Assembly (NCBI GenBank): GCA_020348945.1
Contig: CP070759.1
Location: forward strand, 1,407,637 to 1,465,173
Source of the DNA: Candidatus Bathyarchaeota archaeon
Lineage (GTDB): Archaea; Thermoproteota; Bathyarchaeia; Bathyarchaeales; Bathyarchaeaceae
Reading direction: 5' to 3'
Length of the DNA: 57,537 nucleotides
Below the pieces are notes generated by a model. It did no database searches and was not told the origin of the DNA. It saw nothing but the letters and a program-made list of their open reading frames with translations. The position numbers and the translations under genes were made by a program. This document shows, piece after piece, positions 38,512 to 48,485 of this stretch (position 1 is the first letter of the stretch; every line of letters starts with the position of its first letter).

Positions 38512-39309
38512 TTAACCATGTCTTAGCAGGCTTGACTTGTATATGTATCGTGTTGCCAAGCTGATCAACCAGCCGCTGATGACCAAAACTGTGGCTGGAA
38601 AGGCTTGAGGGTAATAGTTTAGTAGAACGGTTTGGAGTATCAAGAAGCCGGCTGCTATTGCTGTAATGGAGGCAAGTGCGAACTTCTTTCCGTGTTTTTT
38701 GGCAGTTTGAATGCCAAGGAGTCCAGCTAGAAAAACGTCACCCAATCCCAAACCGATAACTGAACCTTCAGTTGGAAAGGTTGGTATAATGAGCATCACA
38801 GGTAAGCCTAACTCAACCAGTTTTTCGCTTGCTTCCACCATGTACCTCGTAATAAAAACTTGAACTATGTCCATAACGGTTATTAAAACGACGAAAGCAG
38901 CTGTTGTTTTCCACGTGAACAAACTGCCTAAATAAACTGAGACGAAGATAGCAAAGAGTATCGCAAAGAGGTTAAACGTAAACAAGTTCCAGTAGGAGGA
39001 AAAATAAAGAGCAATAAACAAGGCTGGAGGTAGAACCGCCAAATACCATTTTGACACAATCAGGTATGTAAACAAGAAGAACCCCAAAAAGTACACGCCC
39101 AAGTAAAGATTCCTTATAGTTTCTCCGGGAATAACCATCAAAACACTTACCACGATGCCCGTTGCCACCACCAGAAGAATTGCGTGATAATAGCGAAATT
39201 TCACTTCTTTGAAAACAGATCCAATCCTTTTTTCATACCTGAAGTAAAGGAAAAGCGTGACTAACGTGATCAGAAAGAGAATCAAGGGAAGCAAAACATC
39301 AAATATCAT
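38512..39309 (-). CDS. presenilin/signal-peptide-peptidase-like (A22 family) intramembrane aspartyl protease homologue
   Basis: Polytopic. VMDIVQVF (TM Asp), LPVMLIIP, GLGLGDVFLAGLL (GxGD) and QAFPATVLV (PAL-like) occur in the family order. Confidence 0.55.
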   Translation of the reverse strand: MIFDVLLPLILFLITLVTLFLYFRYEKRIGSVFKEVKFRYYHAILLVVATGIVVSVLMVIPGETIRNLYLGVYFLGFFLFTYLIVSKWYLAVLPPALFIALYFSSYWNLFTFNLFAILFAIFVSVYLGSLFTWKTTAAFVVLITVMDIVQVFITRYMVEASEKLVELGLPVMLIIPTFPTEGSVIGLGLGDVFLAGLLGIQTAKKHGKKFALASITAIAAGFLILQTVLLNYYPQAFPATVLVISGWLISLATRYIYKSSLLRHG

Positions 39310-39312
39310 ACG

Positions 39313-40215
39313 TTACTCGCCTTCCAATAGATTTAAAGCTGCCAGAGAGGCGTACAGCGCTTCCTCAGTTCTAACTGTTTCGGTTCCCTGCTCGGGAATA
39401 GTGTTGATCACAAAGTGCGCAATCTTGTCTAGGTTAAGATGTTCACGTGCAGCAATCTTGTATAACCCTTGGGTTGGCGCTCCAAATGCCACCAGTGTTC
39501 TGCTAGACTTTTTCCAGCGTTTCCTTAACTCATCCTTGACCTCTGCTAAGGGAGAACCATGTCGAGATGTGGCAATCGCTAAGTCAAAGGACCGATTTTT
39601 TAGCAGTTGCCCAAACGGAACGTCTGAAACTGTCACGTGATAACCCCAGTATTTTTCAATTTCACTGCGCCTCGCTAGAACAGCTTTGGGGCGTTTTCCC
39701 AACTTCGTAACTCTTATCGTGACTCGATTGTTGACTGAAAGGCGTGTGTCCGTAACCAGCACTGGCCGCTCAACTCCTATGTCCACGAGCGATCCGCCTT
39801 TGGCAAGAGATGTTACCACGCCTTCTCGGTGCTCCCCAATCTTTAGGTCTTTTATTCGATCTGAAAGAGGATGGTGAGGTGTCCGCAGAGGAGGGAGAGT
39901 CCCTGCGTACCGCAGTTCCGGCCGTATCTTGAACAGTCTTTTGCGCAGGTATTGAGGAGTCTCAATGTATGAGAGAATGGTGGTAACCAGCTTGATGTCT
40001 CGGCTCTGATCCGTGTCAAGGAGGTCGGGAAAAACGATGATTTGGTCTACTCGAAAGATGGCGGCTGCTCGTCCGATCAATCCAACTCTGAAAGTTTTCT
40101 CTCGGAGGTGTGGAACATCTAGGACTAAGGATGCAGGCATTGCTATGGAGATTTCACATTCACGTTTCAATGGAGCAATCGTTTGATTTCTAACGCTCAC
40201 CTGCGTTAACCTCAA
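39313..40215 (-). CDS. putative SPOUT-superfamily RNA methyltransferase (DUF171-like)
   Basis: ISIAMPASLVLDVPHLREKTFRVGLIGRAAAIFRVDQIIVF resembles the family N-terminus. Start codon uncertain. Confidence 0.55.
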   Translation of the reverse strand: MRLTQVSVRNQTIAPLKRECEISIAMPASLVLDVPHLREKTFRVGLIGRAAAIFRVDQIIVFPDLLDTDQSRDIKLVTTILSYIETPQYLRKRLFKIRPELRYAGTLPPLRTPHHPLSDRIKDLKIGEHREGVVTSLAKGGSLVDIGVERPVLVTDTRLSVNNRVTIRVTKLGKRPKAVLARRSEIEKYWGYHVTVSDVPFGQLLKNRSFDLAIATSRHGSPLAEVKDELRKRWKKSSRTLVAFGAPTQGLYKIAAREHLNLDKIAHFVINTIPEQGTETVRTEEALYASLAALNLLEGE

Positions 40216-40248
40216 AAGCTTTTACAACAAGTCTTATTTCTAAGTTTA

Positions 40249-40593
40249 TTGGAACACCTGAGGGTGAAATACATGGAGAAGAAAAGTTTGATAGTGAACG
40301 TGTGTAGTGCCAAACAGAGACCTGTTGCGGAACTCGCTGGGTGTGCCTTGTGTCAGGAGGTGAAACCTCTCTTCTGGAAGGACGGCAAGCTATTCTGCTT
40401 TGAAACCAAATTTTACGCGAAAGACTCTCGCCTGTTCGTCCTTGACACTTGTGTCGCGAAGATGCCTACCTACTCCAAAACTGTTCGAGTTGAGGGGTTC
40501 GCCAACATACCTTCTGTCATACTCCCGGTAGTTAGGACTTCAGCCATAACTGAAAAAATACTAGAGCAAGCGTTAAACATGCTCAAAGAATAA
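40249..40593 (+). CDS. hypothetical Cys-containing protein
   Basis: ORF only. The likely start is an internal ATG (MEKKSLIV...). No family recognised. Confidence 0.35.
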   Translation: MEHLRVKYMEKKSLIVNVCSAKQRPVAELAGCALCQEVKPLFWKDGKLFCFETKFYAKDSRLFVLDTCVAKMPTYSKTVRVEGFANIPSVILPVVRTSAITEKILEQALNMLKE

Positions 40594-40600
40594 CGGATGG

Positions 40601-41719
40601 TTGTGTGAAAAAATGTATGAATCTACAGTTTTGGACCGGCTGGAAGAGGTCAGAAAGATCGATAAGAGCAACATACTGGGATATTGCGTAAAAACCAACA
40701 TCTACTGCGAAGACGCTGTGCAACGAGCTAAGCAAGTTTCAATCAAATATGGAAGGCCTAAACATATCGTACTTGTGGGCATGGGAGGCTCTGCCATAGG
40801 AGGAGAAATTCTTCGAGATTGGTTGCTGGACAAGGTTCCCGTCCCCATAGAAGTGTGCAGAGACTACAATTTACCCGCTTACGCAAATGAGGATACGCTG
40901 GTTTTCGCGATCAGTTGCTCGGGAAAAACAGAGGAAACGCTTAGCGCTTTTGTGGACGCCGTGAAGCGGGGATGCAAAATTATAACCATAACTTCCGGAG
41001 AACATCTACTTTCCTTTTCTGAGAAACTGGGAGTGCCCTACGTGATCGTGCCAAGTGAACTGCCCTCACGAGTTACCCTTCCCTATCTTTTCTTGCCGCT
41101 TCCCATTTTCCTAGAGAAACTGGGTGTTCTTCAAAATTGTGAGAAAGAGATTCAAGAAATGATACGGATCGTTAAGAAATTGTGCCAGGAAAACTCCCTT
41201 GAAATTCCTGCAAAAGAAAACCCGTCGAAAAAGCTTGCGTTGGAACTGAAGGGAACCATACCTGTCGTTTATGGGTTCCGGCAGTATTCAGCTATAGCTC
41301 GTCGGCTTAAGACTCAGTTCAACGAAAATAGCAAGGTTCCCTCTAGGTACGATGTGTTTCCAGAGCTTAATCATAACGAAGTTGTTGGATGGGAAGCGTC
41401 TGAAAGTCTTACTAAACGCTTCTCTGTCTTGCTCATCCGAGACCGTGAAGAGCCCAGGGAGATTAAGAACAGAATTGAGGCAACTAGATCTTTGATACTG
41501 CACAAGGCTCAGAAGGTTTTGGAGGTCTATGCGAGGGGAGAAAGTAAGTTGGCGAGAATGTTTTCAGTATTGTTCGTGGGAGACCTTGCAAGCGTTTACT
41601 TAGCTATTCTGCGTAACACTGATCCTACGCCAGTGGAGATTATCAGCAAAATGAAGGAAGAGATGGGGAAACGGTTCAACGTGATGGAAAGATTGAAGAG
41701 AGAAGTTTTGTCAAGATGA
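40601..41719 (+). CDS. bifunctional phosphoglucose/phosphomannose isomerase (SIS domain)
   Basis: IVLVGMGGSAIGGEILRDW and FAISCSGKTEETL SIS motifs, plus PELNHNEVVGWE. Confidence 0.75.
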   Translation: MCEKMYESTVLDRLEEVRKIDKSNILGYCVKTNIYCEDAVQRAKQVSIKYGRPKHIVLVGMGGSAIGGEILRDWLLDKVPVPIEVCRDYNLPAYANEDTLVFAISCSGKTEETLSAFVDAVKRGCKIITITSGEHLLSFSEKLGVPYVIVPSELPSRVTLPYLFLPLPIFLEKLGVLQNCEKEIQEMIRIVKKLCQENSLEIPAKENPSKKLALELKGTIPVVYGFRQYSAIARRLKTQFNENSKVPSRYDVFPELNHNEVVGWEASESLTKRFSVLLIRDREEPREIKNRIEATRSLILHKAQKVLEVYARGESKLARMFSVLFVGDLASVYLAILRNTDPTPVEIISKMKEEMGKRFNVMERLKREVLSR

Positions 41720-41947
41720 ACGAAAAGCTTTGTCTTTTTATCTAGCGGATTGACCGCAATTGCTGTTGGAGCCCTCGTCGACATGCATACCATGTGGTAC
41801 GGGGCTGGAAGAAAGGTTCATGAATAAGATAGCAAAGGAGTCATCGGTGTTACTCCAATGATTTTTCCTATTTTTTTGACTTATAGAAGTTTGTTCCGCA
41901 AATGACAAATATGAGTTGTTGCTCTAGTTACAGTAGAGAATGGAAGG

Positions 41948-44900
41948 ATGATTAGGATAAAAGCAGTTTCTGGAATATTGCTGACTCTGCTGTTAATAGG
42001 CATGTTAACGTTGGCGTTTAATATTCAACTGGTTAAAGCGTCTGGAACCATTTATACTATTAGGGCTGATGGTTCGGTTGAGGGAATAAGCGAAGAATGG
42101 AGCAGAACCTTCGGCGGATCCAGCACTGAAGATGGCAATTCTGTTCAGCAGACCACGGATGGAGGATACATAATAGCTGGCAATACAGCTCCCCTCGACA
42201 CAACCTTGTATGATGTTTACCTGGTCAGGACCGACTCTGACGGAAACATGCTATGGAACAGAACCTTCGGCGGATCCAGCGGTGATTACGGCAGTTCTGT
42301 TCAGCAGACCTCTGACGGAGGATACATAATAGCAGGCCGGACATGGTCCTTTGGCGAAGGCGGTTTCGCGGATGTTTATCTTGTTAAGACCAACTCCGAT
42401 GGAAACATGCTATGGAACAGAACCTTCGGCGGATCCAGCGGTGATTACGGCTATTCTGTTCAGCAGACCACGGATGGAGGATACATAATAGCAGGCCGGA
42501 CAGCTTCCTTCGGGGCAGGCAGTAGTGATGTTTATCTTGTTAAGACCGACTCTGACGGAAATGAGGTCTGGAGTAAAACCTTCGGCGGATACGACTCTGA
42601 CTATGGCAATTCTGTTCAGCAGACCACGGATGGAGGATACATAATAGCTGGCAATACAGCTTCCTTCGGGGCGGGGTGGAGTGATGTTTATCTTGTTAAG
42701 ACCGACTCTGACGGAAACAGGCTATGGAGCAGAACCTTCGGCGGATCCAGAGGTGATTACGGCAGTTCTGTTCAGCAGACCTCTGACGGAGGATACATAA
42801 TAGCAAGTAGCACATGGTCCTTTGGCGCAGGCAGCGCGGATGTTTATCTTGTTAAGACCAACTCCGGTGGAAACATGCTATGGAGCAGAACCTTCGGCGG
42901 ATACGACTCTGACTATGGCTATTCTGTTCAGCAGACCTCTGACGGAGGATACATAATAGCAGGCCGGACATGGTCCTTTGGCGAAGGCGGTTTTGATGTT
43001 TATCTGATTAAATTAGCACTCGGAACAGAGATTCAACGTAACGGAGATGTTTACACCTTTACTGATAACATTCATGGTTCGCTTGTTGTGGAGAGGAATA
43101 ACATTGTGGTTGACGGGGCAGGCTACACCCTTCAAGGAACGGGAAGTGGAACAGGAATTGACCTGTCAGGAAGAAGCAACGTGACAATCAAGAATACGGA
43201 AATCAAATTATTCGAGTATGGCATCGGGCTATCTTCTTCTTCAAACAATAGTATTTCTGGTAACAACATAACAAACAACTTTCATGGCATCAAGCTCTAT
43301 GATTCTTCAAACACCACCATATCAGGAAACAATATGAAAGCGAACGAAGGACGTGGCATCTACCTCTCCAAGTCTTCAAACATCAGCATTTCTGGAAACG
43401 ACATAACAAACAATGATTGTGGCATAATAATCAGCTATTTTTCAAACAATAACACAATTTCTGGAAACACACTAACCGGAAACAACCGGTATGGCATCCT
43501 GCTCGATAGGTCTTCAAATAACACATTTAAAAATAATGATATTAGTAACAATGAAAACAACTTTGGAGTCAGCGGCTCGGAAGTTTCACACTACATTCAC
43601 GACATAGATGATTCAAATACTGTGGATGGTAAGCCAATCTACGTTTTGGTTAATAAACGAGACATGACTATTCCGCTTGATGCTGGATATGTAGCTCTTG
43701 CAAACTGTACAAACATAATTGTAGAAAACTTAAACCTCGTCAACAACGTGCATGGCGTACTACTGGCTTTCACGACAAACTCGACAATAATCAATAACAA
43801 CATAACAAACAATTGGTATGGCATAGAACTCTCTTCATCCTCAAGCAACACTATTTCCGGAAACAAAATAACAAACAATGAGTGTGGCATCCAGCTCTCT
43901 TCATCTTCAAGCAACACTATTTCTGGTAACAACATAATAAACAGATACATGAGGATGGGCATAGTACTCACTGAGTCTTCAAACAGCAACACTATTTCTG
44001 GTAACAACATGAACAGGAATAATGTCTGGATCAGATATTCTTCAAACAGCAACACTATTTCTGGTAACAACATAACAAACAACAATATTAACATCTATAT
44101 CTATGACTCTTCAAACAACATCATTCAAGGAAACAGCATAACAAACTCCGGTCAGTATAGCATCGAACTCTTTGCGTCTTCAAGCAACACTATTTCTGGA
44201 AACAACATAATAGAAAACCGGTTAGGCTTCTACTTGCATTCTTATTCAAACTACAACACTATTTCTGGTAACAACATAACAAACAACGAGTATGGTATCC
44301 GGCTCTCTGCTTCTTCAAGCAACACTATTCATGTAAACAACATAACAAACAACGAATATGGCATCACAATCAGTCCTGCATCTCAAAACAACATAATTTA
44401 TCATAATAACTTCGTGGATAACACTCAACAAGTGTGGATGAATCCACCTAGTTCTGGTTCAACGAATATTTGGGATGATGGCTATCCTTCTGGCGGTAAC
44501 TACTGGAGCGACCATGTTTGCACCGGTAATCCAAGCGACGGGTCACAGCCATACGTTATAGACGCAGACAACGTCGATCATTACCCCTTCCAAGACCCGG
44601 GGTGTCCAGATACGATACCACCCGCGATAATCGTTCTCTCACCTCAAAACACAACCTACACTACAAGTTCTGTCCCCCTAACCTTCACCATCAGCGAACC
44701 GGCATCTTGGATGGGTTACAGCCTTGATGGTCAACTAAACGTTACCGTTGCTGGAAACACAACTCTAACTGGTCTTTCTGACGGGGTTCATGGCATAACA
44801 CTGTACGCGAACGATACTTCTGGCAACATGGGCTCTTCCAGCAAGGTCTACTTTACAATAGACACGACTTCACCAACTACCACCGATAATTACGATGGCT

Positions 44901-46003
44901 TATGGCGTAATACTGCCTTCGAAATAACCTTGACAGCTACAGACGACATTAGTGGCGTAGCAGAAATTTATTATAAGATTAATTATGGCTCAGCCCAAAA
45001 CGTAAGCACACATGGACAGCCACTAATCACCACGGAAAGCGCCAACAACACAATAGAATACTGGAGCGTGGACAATGCTGGCGTCGAGGAGCTTCCTCAC
45101 AAAATCTTAACCGGAATCAAATTGGACATAACACAACCCGCAGCCAACGCTGGTCAAGACCAAACCGTTGCACAAGACACGCTAGTAAAGTTTAACGGCT
45201 CAGCCTCTCAAGACGAAAACGGCATCACAAGCTACACGTGGACTTTTACAGACGTAACACCACAAACCCTAATCGGCAAAAACCCAACATACAACTTCAC
45301 AACCCTAGGAACATACACAATCACTCTAAAAGTAACTGATCCAGCTGGCAACACAGTCACCGATACGGTCACTATCACCGTTCTACTTGACACAGACGGA
45401 GACGGAACGCCAGACACCACGGACCCAGATGATGACAATGATGGTATTAATGATGACGAGGACGCGTTTCCCCTTGACCCAACTGAAACGGTTGACACAG
45501 ATGGAGATGGAATGGGTAACAACGCCGACGATGATGATGATAACGATGGGGTGCTCGATGTTAATGATGCTTTTCCATTAGATCCAACCGAGTCTGCGGA
45601 TACAGATGGAGACGGCATCGGAGACAATGCTGATACCGACGATGACAACGATGGAGTTCCCGATGTTGACGACGCCTTCCCATTAAACGCCTCAGAATCT
45701 CTGGACACAGATAGTGACGGAGTCGGAAACAACGCAGACCCAGACAACGACAACGACGGAATACCAGACACATGGGAAACAGAAAACGGATTAAACCCGC
45801 TTGACACAGCTGATGCCTCCCTCGACCCCGATGGCGACGGTCTCACTAACCTCCAAGAGTATCAGGAAGGCACAGACCCAAACGTCTCTGACGCCGAAGC
45901 TCTACCAACCGAGGCGGTTCCTCTGTGGATCTTAGGCGCGACAGTGGCAGTGGTGATAGGAATAGCTGTTGCAGCAATGTTTCTCTGGAGAAGACGAAAA
46001 TAA
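41948..46003 (+). CDS. giant membrane-anchored surface protein: signal peptide, 6 beta-propeller-type repeats, parallel beta-helix (NosD/PbH1-like), Ig-like domains, PKD, thrombospondin-type-3 Ca-binding repeats, C-terminal TM + RRRK
   Basis: Repeat FGGSxxDYGxSVQQTxDGGYIIAGxTxSFGAGxxDVYLVKTDSDGNxLW x6. NNTISGNNITNNxYGIxL x~18. PKD: GTYTITLKVTDPAGNTVTDTVTITV. DTDGDGxGDNADxDDDNDGVxDxxDAFPLDP x3-4. C-terminal LWILGATVAVVIGIAVAAMFLWRRRK. Confidence 0.9.
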   Translation: MIRIKAVSGILLTLLLIGMLTLAFNIQLVKASGTIYTIRADGSVEGISEEWSRTFGGSSTEDGNSVQQTTDGGYIIAGNTAPLDTTLYDVYLVRTDSDGNMLWNRTFGGSSGDYGSSVQQTSDGGYIIAGRTWSFGEGGFADVYLVKTNSDGNMLWNRTFGGSSGDYGYSVQQTTDGGYIIAGRTASFGAGSSDVYLVKTDSDGNEVWSKTFGGYDSDYGNSVQQTTDGGYIIAGNTASFGAGWSDVYLVKTDSDGNRLWSRTFGGSRGDYGSSVQQTSDGGYIIASSTWSFGAGSADVYLVKTNSGGNMLWSRTFGGYDSDYGYSVQQTSDGGYIIAGRTWSFGEGGFDVYLIKLALGTEIQRNGDVYTFTDNIHGSLVVERNNIVVDGAGYTLQGTGSGTGIDLSGRSNVTIKNTEIKLFEYGIGLSSSSNNSISGNNITNNFHGIKLYDSSNTTISGNNMKANEGRGIYLSKSSNISISGNDITNNDCGIIISYFSNNNTISGNTLTGNNRYGILLDRSSNNTFKNNDISNNENNFGVSGSEVSHYIHDIDDSNTVDGKPIYVLVNKRDMTIPLDAGYVALANCTNIIVENLNLVNNVHGVLLAFTTNSTIINNNITNNWYGIELSSSSSNTISGNKITNNECGIQLSSSSSNTISGNNIINRYMRMGIVLTESSNSNTISGNNMNRNNVWIRYSSNSNTISGNNITNNNINIYIYDSSNNIIQGNSITNSGQYSIELFASSSNTISGNNIIENRLGFYLHSYSNYNTISGNNITNNEYGIRLSASSSNTIHVNNITNNEYGITISPASQNNIIYHNNFVDNTQQVWMNPPSSGSTNIWDDGYPSGGNYWSDHVCTGNPSDGSQPYVIDADNVDHYPFQDPGCPDTIPPAIIVLSPQNTTYTTSSVPLTFTISEPASWMGYSLDGQLNVTVAGNTTLTGLSDGVHGITLYANDTSGNMGSSSKVYFTIDTTSPTTTDNYDGLWRNTAFEITLTATDDISGVAEIYYKINYGSAQNVSTHGQPLITTESANNTIEYWSVDNAGVEELPHKILTGIKLDITQPAANAGQDQTVAQDTLVKFNGSASQDENGITSYTWTFTDVTPQTLIGKNPTYNFTTLGTYTITLKVTDPAGNTVTDTVTITVLLDTDGDGTPDTTDPDDDNDGINDDEDAFPLDPTETVDTDGDGMGNNADDDDDNDGVLDVNDAFPLDPTESADTDGDGIGDNADTDDDNDGVPDVDDAFPLNASESLDTDSDGVGNNADPDNDNDGIPDTWETENGLNPLDTADASLDPDGDGLTNLQEYQEGTDPNVSDAEALPTEAVPLWILGATVAVVIGIAVAAMFLWRRRK
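42098..43015 (+). repeat. six tandem coding repeats, period 156/159 nt
   Basis: accttcggcgga recurs at 42107, 42263, 42422, 42578, 42734 and 42890, with long near-identical DNA stretches between units. Confidence 0.85.
43100..44602 (+). repeat. beta-helix coding repeats (~66-69 nt period) with recurring tcttcaaRcaacactatttctggWaacaacataacaaacaa
   Basis: Recurrent near-identical 25-40-nt DNA blocks, all in frame with the CDS. Confidence 0.75.
45386..45883 (+). repeat. thrombospondin-type-3-like Asp-rich coding repeats (~108 nt period)
   Basis: DTDGDG...DDDNDG...DAFPL(D/N)P units repeated. Confidence 0.75.
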
Positions 46004-46077
46004 CCCCTCAATTCCCTACTTTTTCCCAAAACAGATAAACTTTCGTTCGTGTTAGGAAGCTTTAATCTGCGTACAGC

Positions 46078-47145
46078 CTATTGTTCTCTTTTTCCCTGAA
46101 TAAACTCTTCAAACCATTTTTCAGCTATTTCTAACGGCAACATCTGCGGGGGATGTTTGAAGGCGTAAGCTGAAGCGCTCAGCAAAGAGCCGGCGACCTT
46201 CCGGTCGAGAGCAATTTTTGTCCCTCGTATGACATCGAACATGACGGAGCCCGCGTTTGGAGCGTCCACCGTGTTGAGTCGTATTTCAAGTTGCATGGGA
46301 ATCCCTCCAAAATGGAATCCTTTCATCCAAAAATAACTGTCTCGTCGGTTCTCCAAGAAGTCAACGTAGTCAGTGGTTCCCGCCACAACTGAAGCTTTGT
46401 ACGGCAGAGCCGTCTCCACTGATCTAGTTTTCACAATGCGTTTTGCTTCCCGCGCCCTCTCAAGGGTGTTGAGAGACTCTGTTCCTCCACCCACATCGAG
46501 CTGATAAGTTTGAGAAATCCGAACACCTCGATTCACCAACATTCTAAGTAGGGTTTTGTGGAGGATGGTGGCTCCCACTTGATCCACCAAATCGTCACCA
46601 ACGATTGGTAGACCAGCATCCTTGTAACGTTTGTCCCAAGCGGCGTCACTGGCTATGAAGGCAGGTGTGGCGTTAACGAAGGCACATCCAGCTTTCAGCG
46701 CTTCTTCAGCGTATTGCTGAGAAGCTTTTACGGCTCCGCTTGGAAGGAGATTAACAACTATTTCTGCACCGTTCTCCCTAAGTCTTTTAGCCACATCCAC
46801 TTCTGGAGACTCGCTGATCTTGATTATGTCTTTTACAGAGTTGCCGACGCCATCCAGAATAGGGCCCTTCAAAACTGGAACATTCATTTGGGAGACATCC
46901 ACGAATTTTAGGGTGTTGTTGGGTGGAGAGAAAATTGCTTCAGACAAATCTTTTCCAACTTTTCTAGCTTCGATGTCGAAAGCTGAAACGAACTCTACAT
47001 CGCTAGGATGGTATTCTCCGAGAAAGAGGTGTCTCAGGCCCACTGCATCCTCTTCTTTTTTTATGTTTCTGTAGTGATAAACTCCTTGAACCAGTGCTGA
47101 CGCGCAGTTTCCCACGCCGATCAATGCAATTTTGATTTTGGGCAT
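46078..47145 (-). CDS. ino1: myo-inositol-1-phosphate synthase (archaeal short form)
   Basis: KIALIGVGNCASALVQG N-terminus and family-like LDVGGGTESLNTLER. 355 aa. Confidence 0.85.
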   Translation of the reverse strand: MPKIKIALIGVGNCASALVQGVYHYRNIKKEEDAVGLRHLFLGEYHPSDVEFVSAFDIEARKVGKDLSEAIFSPPNNTLKFVDVSQMNVPVLKGPILDGVGNSVKDIIKISESPEVDVAKRLRENGAEIVVNLLPSGAVKASQQYAEEALKAGCAFVNATPAFIASDAAWDKRYKDAGLPIVGDDLVDQVGATILHKTLLRMLVNRGVRISQTYQLDVGGGTESLNTLERAREAKRIVKTRSVETALPYKASVVAGTTDYVDFLENRRDSYFWMKGFHFGGIPMQLEIRLNTVDAPNAGSVMFDVIRGTKIALDRKVAGSLLSASAYAFKHPPQMLPLEIAEKWFEEFIQGKREQ

Positions 47146-47232
47146 ACTTTTTCCCTCTTCAGAGTCAGCAACAAAGTTATAATAAATTACCGCATTAACT
47201 GCTCTTTGAAAGGCTCCAATTGAGGAGATGAA

Positions 47233-48246
47233 TTGGTGAGGAAAGGAAAAAATAGGTTCCTACATCACTATTTAATGGTGCGAGGCGGGAGAGACGTGAC
47301 TTTGTCTGCAGCAGAAATCTTGAAGGCAAAGAAAAACTTGGAAGGCATAATTCACTGCACACCTCTAACTTATTCTAAGACGCTTAGCCAAGTAAGCGGC
47401 GCAGAAATATACTTGAAATGGGAAAGCCTGCAAAAAACTAGATCCTTCAAGCCTCGAGGAGCATACAACAAAATTTGTTCGTTGACGCCTGAAGAACGCA
47501 GCAGAGGAGTTATTACGGCTTCATCTGGGAACCATGCTTTAGCCGTTGCCTTCGTTGCCAAAATAATGGGCATCAAAGCAACTGTTGTTGTGCCTGAAAA
47601 AGCTCCCAAGGTAAAGGTGGAGCGCTGTAGAGCTTTTGGAGCAGAAGTGGTGCTTAAAGGAGCTAACTACGACGAGTCCTTGATCTACTGCAAAAAGCTG
47701 GTTTCAAAGACTGGAGCAATCTACATCCCTGCCTTCGGGGATTACAAGGTTATAGCTGGTCAAGGAACAATAGGCTGCGAAATTTTGGAGGAAATACCCG
47801 ATGTGGACACGATCATAGTGCCTATTGGCGGTGGAGGCTTAATCTCAGGCATAGCTCTTTGGGCCAAGACGGTTAAGCCGGAAATAAGAGTTGTGGGCGC
47901 TCAGTCAAACGCTGCCTGCACCATGTATGAATGCTTTAAAGCTAAGAAAATTGTTGACGTCCATGTTTCACCTACCATAGCCGATGGGCTTGCAGGAGGA
48001 ATCATCCAGATGACCTTAGACCTTGTCTTGAAATACGTGGATGAAATCGTTTTGGCAGAGGAAAAAGAGTTAAAGAGCGCAATCTTTTGGGTTCTTAGAA
48101 ATGAACGTCAAGTTGTGGAAGGATCTGGCGTAGTGGGACCCGCAGCTATCCTGCAAGGGAATATACGGTTTAAGCGAGGCGAGAAGGTTGTTGTCGTGAT
48201 CTCAGGCGGCAACCTTGACATGGAGCTTTTGAACTTGCCAGAATGA
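47233..48246 (+). CDS. PLP-dependent threonine/serine dehydratase (short form, no ACT regulatory domain)
   Basis: SLQKTRSFKPRGAYN (PLP lysine), ASSGNHALAVA, GGGGLISG. GAGGAG lies 5 nt upstream of TTG 47233. Confidence 0.8.
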   Translation: MVRKGKNRFLHHYLMVRGGRDVTLSAAEILKAKKNLEGIIHCTPLTYSKTLSQVSGAEIYLKWESLQKTRSFKPRGAYNKICSLTPEERSRGVITASSGNHALAVAFVAKIMGIKATVVVPEKAPKVKVERCRAFGAEVVLKGANYDESLIYCKKLVSKTGAIYIPAFGDYKVIAGQGTIGCEILEEIPDVDTIIVPIGGGGLISGIALWAKTVKPEIRVVGAQSNAACTMYECFKAKKIVDVHVSPTIADGLAGGIIQMTLDLVLKYVDEIVLAEEKELKSAIFWVLRNERQVVEGSGVVGPAAILQGNIRFKRGEKVVVVISGGNLDMELLNLPE

Positions 48247-48485
48247 AGACAGAGCTGTTAGAAGCTTATAGAAGAAAGCTTCTATGGACAAAAGAGCTCG
48301 GCTGAACGTTTCCATCATCCAATGCCCGTGATGCAGGCGATATTTCGCGGACACTGAAAACCAAAGACACTGGAAGCCAAACTAAACTTGACATGGTTGA
48401 AGTAAAAGGGAACAACGTTTGCTTTATTATCGACTAGCACCTTAAAGTTCTGTAAACGTTACAAAAACGTGGAGTTGAAAGGCTC

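Noticed and set aside
43100-44602. Regularly spaced near-identical 25-40-nt DNA repeats that at first glance resemble a CRISPR-like array
   Set aside because: The period (~66-69 nt) and the repeats are in frame within a continuous 1351-aa ORF and encode the NNTISGNNITNN turns of a parallel beta-helix. The sequence between repeats is equally conserved coding sequence, and no cas genes are present.
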